Of a stretch of DNA of 64,000 bases, positions 13,901-55,324 are shown one piece after another. This stretch comes from Balanoglossus misakiensis (taxonomy: Eukaryota; Animalia; Hemichordata): positions 9,387,846-9,451,845 of the forward strand of contig CM082577.2 in assembly GCA_040954595.2 (NCBI GenBank). Reading direction: 5' to 3'. Under the pieces are notes generated by a model. The model was not told the origin of the DNA, did not search any database, and worked only from the letters and a program-made list of their open reading frames with translations. A program made the translations under genes and the position numbers. Every line of letters starts with the position of its first letter. Position 1 is the first letter of the stretch.

Positions 13901-16900
13901 ACACTAACCCTTTCACCACCATGGTTCAATCCAAACCCATCGTTTCCTATGGTAAGGTAGGACCTCTAAAGAGGGAACTGGGGGTGAAAGGGTTAAAGAA
14001 AGCAGGCCCTGTATTCTACTCATTATTTGGAAAGCTAAAATGTTGGGAATGCAGCTGCATATACTGTACATCACAATGAAATTTTTGTGTAACACCACTG
14101 CTGTCAATGATATGTTTGGGCCCAAGTACAGAGAAATACAAAGCTTTCAGCTGGTTTGGCTGGTATCGAAACAGCTCCAGACCAGCTATGAAGAATGATT
14201 AATAATCTCCCTCTCAATATTATACACCCCTAGCTTTACCTTTCAAGACTGGCCATTTCCTTCTCTTTTCTCTTCAGCACCGCCCTCCCAGCTTGGACAG
14301 AGGACGCAGTGATGTCAATGTTTGGTTTGTATTTCTCACAGTAGAAGCTGGCTTTCTCTTTACTGACGTTGATCCTTGCGCCGATGGCTTCAGCCACAGC
14401 CAGTCGGCTGGCCGGTTTGGACAGCATGGCACAGAAGCAATCTAAACCCTGAAATGACACAGAAACAGACATATTAGGTGTTATTTTATAATGATCTCAC
14501 TCGCTTCGGAGGTCAAAAACAATACCTTGCCGTGAAATCAAACAAAATGACACAATTTGCTATTTGACAGCTATCCTGATTTCTCACATGACCTTACCTC
14601 TTGAAAGACCATATTGGCAGTTGAAGACAGGGACACATCATAGTCTGTCACAATCCTGGCACACCATTTCATCAGATCTCTGTGTGATATGGCATATGAA
14701 AAAGTCATTTGGATAACAATGGTGGCTGCATTATATTCAAGGTACATATATAAGCAAACCATTCTGCTTGTTCGTAACTCTTGCTCAGATGGAAATTCAA
14801 AATACCCCGGTAATGATTTTAACCTCTCACACAGGATTTGAAATATCAGCGTTTTTTTGTGTTGTTTGTGTCTTTTATTCACTCGTCATTTCTGAGAAGC
14901 AATACACCCATTACGAATATGTACAAACAGTGGTTAAAAATTACATTTCCAACCACCCCTGCTTCTCAGTATGACCCCACATTCACCAATACGCATCGAA
15001 GGAAAATGCCTTAAACCTACCTTGTTGATACCAGTCTACTCTCGTGGCGGTGAATGTTTGGGGCTGAGAATTCCTCGCTGCTTTCGGTGTCAGTATTCAG
15101 ATCATGTCTGCCAGCTGACAGCATACAGTAGATGTCCAGCAGTTTCTCTGCGACAGACACTAAACTGGGATACAGAGTTTCGATGACCTGCATGGGAAAA
15201 AAAACAAGGAAAAAGGTAATAATGTATTATTTTTGTGAGTAAAAAAGTGTGATGTGTGTGTATTCGTGCAGTGTACATACAAAACGTCACACGACATTTT
15301 TTCAAATCAAAGTTTCTGTCTAAATGCCTCAGGTCTCAAGTTGATCTCCCAACCCCTCATTCACATGTCTTCTTGGGAGTGTTCATTGGTGACAGCAATG
15401 TTATATCTATTACATGTACATCTCCACACGTCTGCATCAAATTCAGGAAGGAGAAAAGTTATCAGCACTCTGTAATTGCAGGTCCATGTACAAACCTTGA
15501 GGAGTTCGTCCTTTGACAGCGGTTCCACGCAGATCTTGGTCCACATTCTTTCCAGCAAAGCCGAGTTTGAATTGTGCTGTTTGTAAAGTCCGCTGGCACT
15601 GCTGAGAAGTCTAGAGTTCAAATCGCAATAAATCGTCCACATCATAAACCATGCTTTGCTCTGTTAATTACTACATACATGTACAATAAAATACCAGTAC
15701 ATCAAGAACCCTTTACCAGTAAATATGTCAGAGTAACATCAGCTTGATTTTAGGTCTCATCCATGATCTTTTGACAGAACTTGCAAACATTCATATCAGA
15801 TGAGACTATGCAGAAACAGTGTCTTGCATAATTTGGAAATGAAATATCTAGGCTGGAAGGCATTCATGGCCCAGACTTTCTCACTCAAATTGTAAACCAA
15901 ATTTGCACATCACAGCATTATAAGCAGGTCTGAAAAACTACATGTACAATGCAAACAATGTACTTACCTCTGTGACGCAAAGAGCTGGAATCCCGGCACA
16001 GCTTTGATGGTGTCCCCGTGTCCTGGTATCGACAGCGTGTTGGATTCCAGCAGCGGTACCAGCACTGACACCACATCCATCGGGGCATAGTCGATGTCCT
16101 CCAGCAGTATCCAGTGCCCCTGGGTCACCGCCTAGTGGGAAGAGATGACACCATGCTCAATGCAGATGGCTTGTTTGAATAAATTTTAAACATTTAACCC
16201 TTTCACCCCAAGTTTCCTGTATAGAGGTCCGACCTTCCTATAGTAAACAATGGATTCGGACTGAACCATGGTGGTGAAAGGGTTAAGTCACCTAATATTT
16301 CTAGTTTTAACATTGAACTTAAGATGATGTAACACTGTGGGGCTTGACCACTGCTCATCACAATTATTTGAATATACATGCACAGTACCGCTATCAATAC
16401 AAAACTCATAATTATCAGTAGAGCACAGGTACATCATAAAGGAAGGGAGTATAGGAATTCCACGTACCTGTGTGAGTGCACCTGGTTGCCAAACGAACTC
16501 ACCAGGGACATCAGTGCACCTGTATGTTCCAAGCAAGGCCTACAAATATGATAGACAACCACAGAAAAATTAGTCTATTGGCAATAATCTCCCTCTTGCT
16601 AATTCAAGTGATTCAGAAAATTTATAAAGATTTTAATGTAAGCTTCAGGTCTACTGAAATACTAGAACACCACTTTTTAACGTAACGTTGATTTCTATTG
16701 TTTCATCAAGAGGGCTGGTGGAAAGTTTGTAGGCAAACTATTATTATTTCTTAATTAATTTGTAGTTTAGTTCATAAACACACAGTTTTCAATAACAGTA
16801 ATGTAAAAAATATCAAATCACTATGGCCAACTCTTAGAGTTGGTTTCAGAATCAAAACCCCCACTGAATAGATAATGAAGTGAAGTGAGCAGAAAGATTT

Positions 16901-19900
16901 CTTCGGGAGCAAAAGACTTGTCGTTTTTGGTCATGAAACCCATCTTACCTTACTATCTGTCTGATCTCCGAGTTGCACTTTCATCAAATGCGGGGTCTTA
17001 GTCCGTCCAGTGATTGCAGCTATGTACTCCACCAGGGCCGTCTTACCGCACCCAACAGGCCCCTCCAGCAAAACTGGCCGATTGTTGGCGATGGCCAAAG
17101 CCAGGCTGTGAAGATTCCTCAGTGTTGATGGCACTGGTACCAGATCAGTTGTAGAGCTCTGTGAATAAATAGACAAACAATGTTTACATCAGAAAATGTC
17201 AACACATGCATACAAACGTGTGCATTTGCATGCACTACATGTTTATATGCACAAACACACATAACTTTCTGCTATCACAACACACGTAATGTCAAACACT
17301 GAAGGTGGATCATTGCACAGTGAGATGGCAGAGCTTAGTATATCGAGGCATTTTAACACCAACTTCCCTCATCTTAAAATAGTGGAGCCCAATAATAACT
17401 TTCAGAGAAATTAATTGAATTATCACATTGATAAAATCTGCCATCGGGAAATCCATACTAAGCAAACTGTTTGTCCTGGCAAGCAAGTTGCTCCCTCTGC
17501 CACCCATCGTATCTGTCAGAAGCATAAACTCACCTGTACTGTTGAGATGTTCGGAATCACCACACCACACACAGCTACAACTCCATCACTCAGATCACTG
17601 CTGATGATGCTGCCCTGTGTGTGGGTCAACAAATCTGAGCCGTCACTCTCAACCTGTTTCTTCGGGTTTATCAAGAGCATCGCTTTCTCTCTGTTCTCAT
17701 TGACGACTTCATCTGAGCTGTGAGGAGAACAATGAAAGTGCCAGTCAGTGTCACTCATATTTCATTGCACCAAGGCATGCTGTTACGGTCAGGTAGCATG
17801 GATCAGAATTCCAAGTTTCAATGATAAACTTGAAAAATAATTTAAGTGATTTACATGTATGTGTGTCCGCACTCTGCAAGCAACCTTTCTGTACAATGCC
17901 AGCATTTTCATGACACTTACGTCATTGCCAGCATCACCTTAGGGCAATGCCAGCATTCTACAACTAGCATTTCAAATGGAGTCATCGTCCAACACTTTTC
18001 ACTAGCACAACTGCTGACATTTGCACCTCCTAATAGACTCTACAAGAGGTGCTGATAGCCTCCTTTGGTTTTTGACTCAAGCAGTTTGCTGGAAAGCGTT
18101 GACGCATTTTTGGTATCAGGACAGTTAATACCCCATGGACATTTACCACCCTAACTTTCACCCATCCACCCGTAGGCTAGTGTTACGGCATAGACTGGTG
18201 GGTATGAACAGAAGTGTCAATGGAGGCAACTGTCATAGAACACAGCAGATACCTAACTGATGCTTTTACCTGATTGTGTAACTTCTGATGTCCTCCACGG
18301 CGAAAAGTTTCGTGTTGAGCTCTCTGCACTGTAAGTCTGTCATTCCAACTATGATCGCGATACTTTGGGTAGCAAACCTGGAGCAAGATATGGAGATTTT
18401 TTAGTAATCCCAGTGTGCACAGTAACAAGTTAGTCTACTGATTGGCTTAGAAGCAGTGATACATGCAAGACCGACCATTCTAATCCAATGATCAAAATCA
18501 ACAAAGGGGGCCGTTCCAGCTGAGTAGACTTTTTTCTGTGCACAACGTCCAAACATCAATTCACCATAACACTTTTTTTGCCAACGAATAGGTTTTGTTG
18601 TGGTGCTGCGTCTTTTAATAACTTTACACAGCAAGTGTCTGATACCAAAATCTAAAAGTGCAATGCTAATTTATGATGACCTGAATTGTTTCGTGACTTC
18701 AATCACCCATCATGATTTCTGGGAATGAGAAATCTTATCCCTTACCATCTTGTCTTAGAATCCTCGTCGTGCAGGAGCTGCATGAACGGACTCCAGTTCC
18801 AGAGATCCCGGAATTTATCCGGCGCCAGGCTGAGGAATCTGTATGCAGTGATGGCGATATCGTAGTGTTCTCCCTTCCCAACTGGGCTCTTCTTACTCTA
18901 CGTGATGAAACAAGTGGATGTACACAAATAACAAATCAGTTTTCATGAACTGTTAAATACTAGTAATTGGTCAATACCAAAAAATAACGAAATCAGGTTT
19001 GATGAAACGTCCAGCTATTAGTCAATGCTTTGATGCAACTACAGATATTACGAAGTGAAAGCTGATCATTATTACCCTTTTCTTTGGCGGGGGCTGTCCC
19101 GTGTCTGTTTCGTCTACAAGCCGTTGAAAGAATGATGGTGCAGTCTGAAAGTACTTCATTGTAAAGCTATATAGAACATAAAAATCAAACAGTATGAAAT
19201 GAAAGATATTTATTTCAGAAACCAACATGCACCTACGTGATATGATCTACAGTCAAAATAGGTGACTGCCTCTGATTTCTTTATTTTTTTATAAATTGAT
19301 GGTTTGTGTAATAGCCAAATAATCCTGACATAACTAGTAACTGGTCACACCATCTCAGACATCAAGATACTTGAAATACAATTCAAATTGACACTCACAA
19401 TTTTATACTTGTGCACTGCAATGTAGTAGACTTCAAATTCTCAAATACAACCGACTCATCTCCGTATACACAAATGTATTCTCACCTGAGGACATCTGGA
19501 GCTACATGGACTAACTTCCCGAGTGCGACACACAACTGCTCGTGCTTGTTCAGTTTCAAATGTCCATCTTGAAATACCCTCGGCAGCGTTCTTTCTAACA
19601 AATCCAGTATGAGCGGCTTGAATGCCCGACCAACCTCGACGGTGCAACTCGGGACAACCAAGTACTTGGCTAGAGTTTCCAATATTTGATGTCTGTCGTG
19701 TGGTGTCCATATCTGTTTGTGGCAAAAGAGAAGCATGAAGGTGGCTTTGACTGGTCAAAGAGACAGAAGCTGTAACATTTGGCTGTTGCGTTCTGATCTT
19801 GCTGCAATGATTGTAGTGGGTGGCATATACTGCTATGTTGATGGTGTTGTTGGTGCAGCGAGCACTGTCAACCCGACCTGACGGCATCCGCTACAATCAT

Positions 19901-20441
19901 TGCAGCTGGTTCTGATCATGATCATGTCTCATCTTTACGTTCTCTTGCTGTAATATCATAATCAGCACAGAGATGTAGTATGATGTTTGAAACTAATGAA
20001 AGCTGAAGTTAAACCAACGTGCACGCGTGCACGTTTAATCAGACCCACGTGAAGCTTCGAAGGGCGATGGTTTTGTGGAAACAGTAAGAAATCTACATGT
20101 GACACACACCGTTGTCCATTTCACCCCTACTTCACTACATGAAGGTGAGGGGACGGAAGTAGACATGCAGATTGCAGACGACAATCAACAGTCTACCCTG
20201 CACTTCCGGTGTCGCGATCGCGGTGGCACGCGAAGCAAAACGCCTGGAAGCGACGAGATCTGATATCTACAGCCCCAGAACTTCACGAACGTTACACTAG
20301 ATATATGCGATCCATTGATCTTATGTCAGATCTTACCTGTTTCGACTGATATCCTCGTATGCCTGTAAGCAGTGAATCGTTCGACACGCTGCGTGTTACC
20401 CTTTCCAATGCTGCGCGTATATTCATGGACAAATTCTCCAT
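388..20441 (-). CDS. MDN1: Midasin (MDN1/Rea1) AAA ATPase of 60S ribosome biogenesis; multi-exon, 5' part only, continues beyond position 1
   Basis: Exon 1 (20441-20337) MENLSMNIRAALERVTRSVSNDSLLTGIRGYQSKQ|gt splices to exon 2 (19712-19486) IWTPHDRHQILETLAKYL..., matching the midasin N-terminus. Six Walker A motifs occur in order: GPVGCGKT (~17050), GETGTGKT (~13670), GETSVGKT (~10070), GETG/CGKT (7574/7111 junction), GSPGVGKT (~3770), GPHSSGKT (~500). Midasin-typical motifs include WIILDELNLA, FATQNPPGLYGGRK, MNPGGDFGKKE, LSPALRNRFTEIW, PWEFNLRDLFRWC. Checked introns are GT-AG. Last visible exon ends at 388. Confidence 0.96.
4114..4202. mobile_element. Degenerate copy of ~85-bp piggyBac-like MITE
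   Basis: Sequence ccattttcaccaccatggtt...gacctctacataggaaaataggggtaaagggg resembles the copies at 13908 and 16198; flanked by TGAA on both sides. Confidence 0.45.
4398..4533 (-). ncRNA. Intronic box H/ACA snoRNA (copy 1), predicted 28S rRNA pseudouridylation guide
   Basis: Minus strand folds as hairpin - H box AAAGTA (4468-4463) - hairpin - ACA (4403-4401) + 3 nt; 136 nt; same strand as MDN1, inside an intron. Both hairpins have internal-loop pockets complementary to conserved LSU rRNA segments. Confidence 0.85.
4839..4904. repeat. (TCA)n microsatellite, ~22 units
   Basis: Direct read; lies in an MDN1 intron. Confidence 0.95.
5470..5608 (-). ncRNA. Intronic box H/ACA snoRNA (copy 2, paralog of 4398-4533)
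   Basis: Same two-hairpin fold, H box AAATAA (5542-5537), ACA (5475-5473); 139 nt; in a different MDN1 intron. Similarity to copy 1 stops at the predicted snoRNA ends. Confidence 0.8.
8475..8687. repeat. 213-bp imperfect palindrome (foldback/palindromic MITE-like)
   Basis: Arms ttattctacatgt...gaccacacacaacttccatccc...ctcgccaaaat and attttggcgag...gggatggaagttgtgtgtggtc...acatgtagaataa around a ~4-nt loop at ~8579-8582. Confidence 0.85.
13908..13992. mobile_element. 85-bp piggyBac-like MITE
   Basis: TIRs CCCTTTCACC...GGTGAAAGGG; flanks CTAA/TTAA; reverse-orientation relative of 16198-16282. Confidence 0.65.
16198..16282. mobile_element. 85-bp piggyBac-like MITE
   Basis: TTAA-CCCTTTCACC...GGTGAAAGGG-TTAA. 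TTAA duplication with CCC/GGG termini is the piggyBac signature. Confidence 0.7.
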
Positions 20442-20837
20442 AATGCCTCACATTAAATAAGCAAATGATTACAGAAGACTGTTCAGATCACTTATCTGGG
20501 GTGAAATACAGAAGTAAACTTGAAATAGAAGCGAAATATGCGACAATCGTGCCAGGTAAACATTTCGCAATTACCACGTGTGATGCAGACTACTTTTGCG
20601 GCTTGGTGTCAAAGGTCATAGTCATGCGCTATTCTCTCTTACCCATAATGCATGTCGACGATGCGTCCTATTCCCGTCGGGTCCTGCCCTTTCCTCAGCT
20701 TTCCCGAGGCGCTGATACATTATCCCGGTACATTATTAAAAAAAATGTTTCTGATCTTGTGGGTGACAATTTTTTTTTTCGTCCAGTCAATGTCCCTACT
20801 AGGCCCACTGGTTGTTAATAGCCGAGTGTCTTGCCAC

Positions 20838-20957
<120 letters not shown>

Positions 20958-21665
20958 CCCTGAATTAAGTACCCGACATCAGACTTTTGATGCTAGGCCT
21001 ACCCTTGAGGTATTTAAAATGATAAAATAGCGATAGGCCTAGAGGCCTACTGCCAACATCCGACGGCTTGGCAGACCCCCCCCCCGGGGGGGACTATCAA
21101 CACACCGCGACAAAAACTTTCGGCCTTGCCCCAGGCTTACATAGTTACGTAAGGATTTACCCGCCGTTCACTGCAGGTAATATTTGACAGACCTAGCAGC
21201 CCCAGTTTTTTAACAAATAATGTGAGCCTCAATCCGACAAAGGGATATTTTGATGTGTTTGATTTTTAGAGGTTACACGCTGTGCATTGAAATTGTGCGT
21301 TTGCTCAAAACACATGAAAATAGTATAAAGTATTTGACTACCAGAACATCTGTGTGAAATACTTCAAAGGTCAAGTGACTTACATAAAATTCAAACGTAG
21401 GCCTAGTAAGTATCAACATTGTGATGATTACGTATGTTTGACTGCTATTGGTCAGAGCAGAAAAAATTGAGAATCTCATAGATACATATTAAATTTAATC
21501 CTTTTGACAAATATACCGGTAACTTATCGGTGTACCGGACAGTCTATCATATCGTAGAAGGAACAGACGAGTTCCCACGAGGCGCACACGGAGGCAGGAG
21601 CGCAGCGAGTCAAGTGAATTGGCCGAAATCCATCAAAGAGACAGAGGACATCAATCAATCAAGCG

Positions 21666-38527
<16,862 letters not shown>

Positions 38528-39265
38528 GAGGCCTTCAAGTTCGTTCGTTCTGGTCATACCTGAATCATTCTATACTTTGTTACCGGCACACAGCGTGTAT
38601 TTCAAATAAAGGACACAATTTGATATGGTCGTTGTTTTGCTTGTATTGCTTTTCATGGTTTTCTACAGGCATATAATGGCACTAGAACCAATTTTAATTG
38701 GTCAGCGCTGTAAGCATAGTGCCCTGACTGGCGTGCGGGGTCTGCTGACACGAACAGACTGATCGCTGTATTCATAGCCACGCTCGAATTCTCCCTACCT
38801 TGAATAGGTTTTTGCTACCTAGGTTAGTGATGAAAATCTCAGTGGCCGACGCAGTGGTCGACACAATTTCAAGATGGCCGATTTTTGCCATGTTGAAGAT
38901 ATGGAAGTTCATAACCTAAAGTATGACTGGGTCATTCTTAAACTTTACAGCAGAAAAAAATAACAAAATGTGAAATAAGTTGAATTTATGTCTTATAGAG
39001 TTGGCAGACGTGCTTTACAGCTAGAAAAAATCCGCACTATGGTAAAACTCACTACGTGACGTGATATGGAAGCCATAGGCCCAGTTGCTATAGGATAGGT
39101 TATCAATACGTCTGACCTATTTGGAGATGGTTGGGCAGGGCTGTATTCATCATGCACGGGGCAGAAGAGACGTCATAATATCTAGTTATCAGATAACTGT
39201 CAGTGTGTTTTCGACATCTATCAAGTTGGCCAAGAACGCAGTTTACTTCAAGCCGTCTCACCATC

Positions 39266-51201
<11,936 letters not shown>

Positions 51202-52673
51202 GCTGTAGTTGGCGTGGTTTGGTAAAAGGGCGGTGAATTTTAGCCCACTATCACAGCAACAATTAACTACGAGCACCAAACATTCACGCGTTGATTAAAA
51301 AACTGATTCGTTTCACTGTCACGTTTAGACTTTTGTATCACTGAGCTCCTAAGCTTCGCAATAAAAATGTTTGATGAAACGTTTACATATTTGTTGTTTC
51401 AATTTATAGTACAGTGTAGTTGTTTGTCGAACTGAGCCTGGGCATCAACACACAAACAGACACAGATACACATGATATCATTATCATGATTATCATGATC
51501 ATATTTTGCCCTTTGCGGAGGAAAAAAGAGAAGCAAATATGAGTTTAATTCAACAGCCAAAATTAAAGCTCTTCAAAGAAGAGCCTAGGAGACAAAACAA
51601 GGGGTGCCGAAGCTCACTGAAAGGTCGACAAACTTTAGGTTACAAGCGTTTACAACACAGGGGTTAGTATGTTATAGTGCCAATGTTGGTTATCACGAAG
51701 ACCATCGTGAAAATAAAGAGCTTAATTACCACTTCAACGGGTGGCTCGGATTGGTAACACTGAGATCACGAATGATAGTATTGCTGATAAGAGACGAAAT
51801 AAAAGGCTGAGACTGATATATTCATCGCGACCTGCATTTGAATGCCATGTTTTTTTTTCTTTCTCGTACATTGAGAATTTGAGCAACATTTACGCAATTT
51901 CTTTGCCACATTTTAATGTCGCCTGTTTTTTAGGCTTGGGTGGACTTTTTTGAGTTTGGTGTCAATTTTCAGGTCGATATCGACGAACACGGGGCCGATT
52001 TTGTCGGCAGACATCGCAAAAGGCTACTTGAATCCTCGGAGTTGAAGATCTTTTTTGACGCGAACCATTGTATAAATCATGCTGCGTCAACATGTGTCCT
52101 AACTGTGTAAAATTCGGTGAAATATTTTCCAGTCGCTTGCTTGACGAGCCAAAAAATATGGAGAACATTTATTGCAGCCAGCCAGTCAGCCAATCAACAG
52201 TCTGCATCTTGTGTCTCGGTGTAGACACTCCAAAGTTTCCTCCCTGTTGCAAATTAACTATTCAAGGATTATCAACTTGACTTAACTTGACAGTAATTCA
52301 CTTGAAGCAGCTGTGCCTCTAAGAAGTTAGAGATGTCCCGAAGTTAATAATATTTACAGCGAATTGTAGGTATCAACTTGAAAACCATTGATTTAAATGA
52401 AAAATGTAACAATTTCATCAACTTCCGTCGTTCAGAAGTACCCATTCCAAATACCTATTTTGGATGTACCTGTTGATCGTCAATAATTAATTGTTATCAA
52501 AACAAAGCACAACATGAAGGTGGAACTTTATGGTGGTAAATGGTTCCAGGGAAAAGGTTAATGTGGCTAATGATTCTAAAAGGGTTATATTAGGCAAAGC
52601 GTCGCGGCCTGTCATCTCAGTTCGTTCCAGCCTCAGCACCTTGTCGATGTCTGTGGGGTCCCCCGCAATGATC

Positions 52674-55324
52674 ATGTCTGCTTTGCGTGTTAGCTTGTTC
52701 ATCCTGGCCGGTTGCTGCGTCTTCACTTCGGCGATCGACCTCGTGGTAGACACCACCCATGGCCCGGTCAGGGGAGTGAGGTCGAGCAGCCATTTGGAAG
52801 ACCTGAACGTGACCTACTTCAGGGGCATCCCGTACGGGGAACCGCCGGTCGGCGACTTGCGGTTCGCCAAGCCCGTCGACAAAACGCCGTGGGAGCCGGC
52901 CGAGCTGGACGCGACCGAGTTCGGCGTGTCGTGTCCCCAGCCGATGGGGTATTCTGGATGGATGAAAGAGGTCCTCCCCAACGAAGACGTAGCCGAGGAC
53001 TGCTTGCTACTGAACATCTATGTCCCCAACGAGGAACCGGACGAGCCGTACCCTGTGATGTTTTGGATCCACGGAGGGGCGTTCACAATCGGGCAGGGGA
53101 TGTTGTATGAGAGTACGGCACTCGCTGGGCTGTACGGCGTTATCGTAGTGACAATCAACTATCGCCTGGGTTCTTTCGGGTTCCTCTCAACTAGCGACGA
53201 GTATTTAAAGGGTAACTACGGACTTCACGACCAGATCTTGGCTCTCAGATGGGTTAAGGCCAACGCGGCTAGTTTTGGTGGAGACCCGGATCGAATCACC
53301 ATATTTGGCGAGTCGGCTGGTGCGTTCAGCTGTTCAATTCTGTCACACACGTCTTTGATCCAGGGACAAGGACTTTTCCACAGGGCGGTATCCCAGAGCG
53401 GTACTCTCAACCCTGGCATCGTTCCCCCTGCCGAGGTTCATACAAACTTTGCAGAATCGATAGGTGAGAAATTACTATGCCCGGATGTTAAAGACCACGA
53501 AAAATTGGCGGAATGTTTGCGAGGAGTGACGATGGAAGAACTGATTGATGCCCAGTCCGGTACCATCCTCGTCCCGTGCGCTGACAACGAAATCATCACC
53601 GACCCCGTCGACGAGTTTCTATCGAACAGCATTTTCAAAGACTATGACATCATCCTCGGAAGCAACAGCTGGGAGTCGACGCTGATTCTGCCCAACTTGC
53701 CGGGACCGCTGGACCCCACCGAGAGGGGATTAGCCGACTTCGCTTTCAAAGGACTGATAGGCGCGCAAATCCAGCTGTTCTACGACGCCAACCACGACAC
53801 GATCACGGACGCCGCCCTGTTCCAGTACACGCACTGGGACGACCCCGACGACGGCTTCATCAGGACGGACCAGTACAACGACTACTTCAGCGATCTCACT
53901 TTCCTGGCGCCCACGGTGCACAACGCCAGAAACCACGCCCCTGCCGTGGCGGAGAACCAGACGTCACGCCCTACGGCACTACCCCCCGGCTGGCCCTTCC
54001 CGTTCCCCTTCCCCCTCTCCGGCTTGGAGATGAACGTGCAGCAAACCCAGCTCGCCGGGCCTAAAGACACACCACCCATCAGAGAGCGACGAGCCAAGGC
54101 CGCGGAAGCGAAAAGTACGTACCTCTACCATTTTGATTATCGCCCACACTTCTACGAAGGGCCTTCCTATGTAACCGGGGCCAGTCATGCCGCGGAGATC
54201 TTGTTCGTGTTCAGCCACACTCTACCAATGTACAGAGCGGATATCAACAAGACCGTGACGGAAGATGAAGTAGTTTTGAGCGAACAGATGTCAACATATT
54301 GGACCAACTTTGCCAAGACTGGGTAAGTGTATATTTTACATTTCTTGTGCAGTGTGAAATGGTGCATTATGATAATTGCATTGTGGGTAAGAAAGTCGAC
54401 AACTCACAGTAGTAAGAGTTTTAATACTATGTGCCTATATATTTCACGACCTCTTTGTTTTGTCTGCTACAAAAATTCAGTATGACTCGGCATCAATATC
54501 ACCTGTGAACCTCCATTTGTTAAACATGGCTGAAATGCGCATCTCAGTTGAAATTCTGTCGCCCATATGAGACTTTTATCACTCACTTAGGTAGTACAAC
54601 CTATTTAAAGTAGCGAGAATTGAATTGATGGATCCCGGGATGTCAAAACTAAGAAACTATAACAGAGAAGGCTGATAATCACCACCAACCCCATTGTATG
54701 GAATATCGACAATGGTTTCTACTCATCTTTAATGCTGCATTTGAACAATGATATACACTCGAATACTTCCAAAGTTTCATTTTGTTTGAAATGTCGAAAT
54801 GTATCACAAGCCTATTCCTGAAAGCAGGTATAGGGCGGCTTATCTTCTCTTTCTATATGTTCTCTTCATATTATCCGCCTGACTTGTTGCTTGTCTTGCT
54901 ACAAAATTAGTGAACTGTACAGCAAAAATATTTCCATGATGGCTACCCCCCCCCCCCCCTCCCCTTCCCAGCCATGACTAAAAACCTGCTCTGGTGTTTT
55001 TGCGACAGAAATCCAAACTCCCCGGACGGTCAAGAATTCATCGGCGACATCGAGTGGAAGCAATTCGACAACGTCGACCAGCACCTCATGTACTTTAGAC
55101 CGAACATGACGCAGGAAGAAAACCTCCTGAAGAACTTCAGGGCCGAGTACGTCACCTTCTGGAACGAGTACGTGCCAACTCTGTACCAAGCCGTGGATGA
55201 GCCGTGTCCTGCTCAGCCTACAACGCCCCCTTGCGAAGTAAGTGGGCAGGCGGGACCTCGACCGTGGCGGGCGCCCGTTGTCGCTCTGCTGGCGTGTGTC
55301 ATCGCAGTCTATCATCGTATCTAG
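52674..55324 (+). CDS. Type-B carboxylesterase/cholinesterase-family protein A, 2 coding exons (52674-54322, 55009-55324), ~654 aa
   Basis: Signal peptide MSALRVSLFILAGCCVFTSA, FRGIPYGEPPVGDLRF, EDCLLLNIY, WIHGGAF, catalytic GESAG, Glu in GSNSWES, His in GASHAAEI, WTNFAKTG|NPN across a phase-2 intron, hydrophobic C-terminus. Start chosen by alignment to the paralog; in-frame ATGs also at 52647 and 52668. Confidence 0.92.

Noticed and set aside
18148-18156. ACCCTAAC as a telomerase RNA template
   Set aside because: Only 8 nt, no recognisable pseudoknot or H/ACA domain follows, and it would run antisense over MDN1 exons.
52530-52673. N-terminal extensions of the esterase ORFs in the track (also 57266-57340)
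   Set aside because: The extensions are not conserved between paralogs, and the signal peptides begin at 52674 and 57341.
53225-54218. Antisense and alternative-frame ORFs over GC-rich esterase and GH31 first exons
   Set aside because: Expected by-product of high GC at third codon positions; no independent coding signal.
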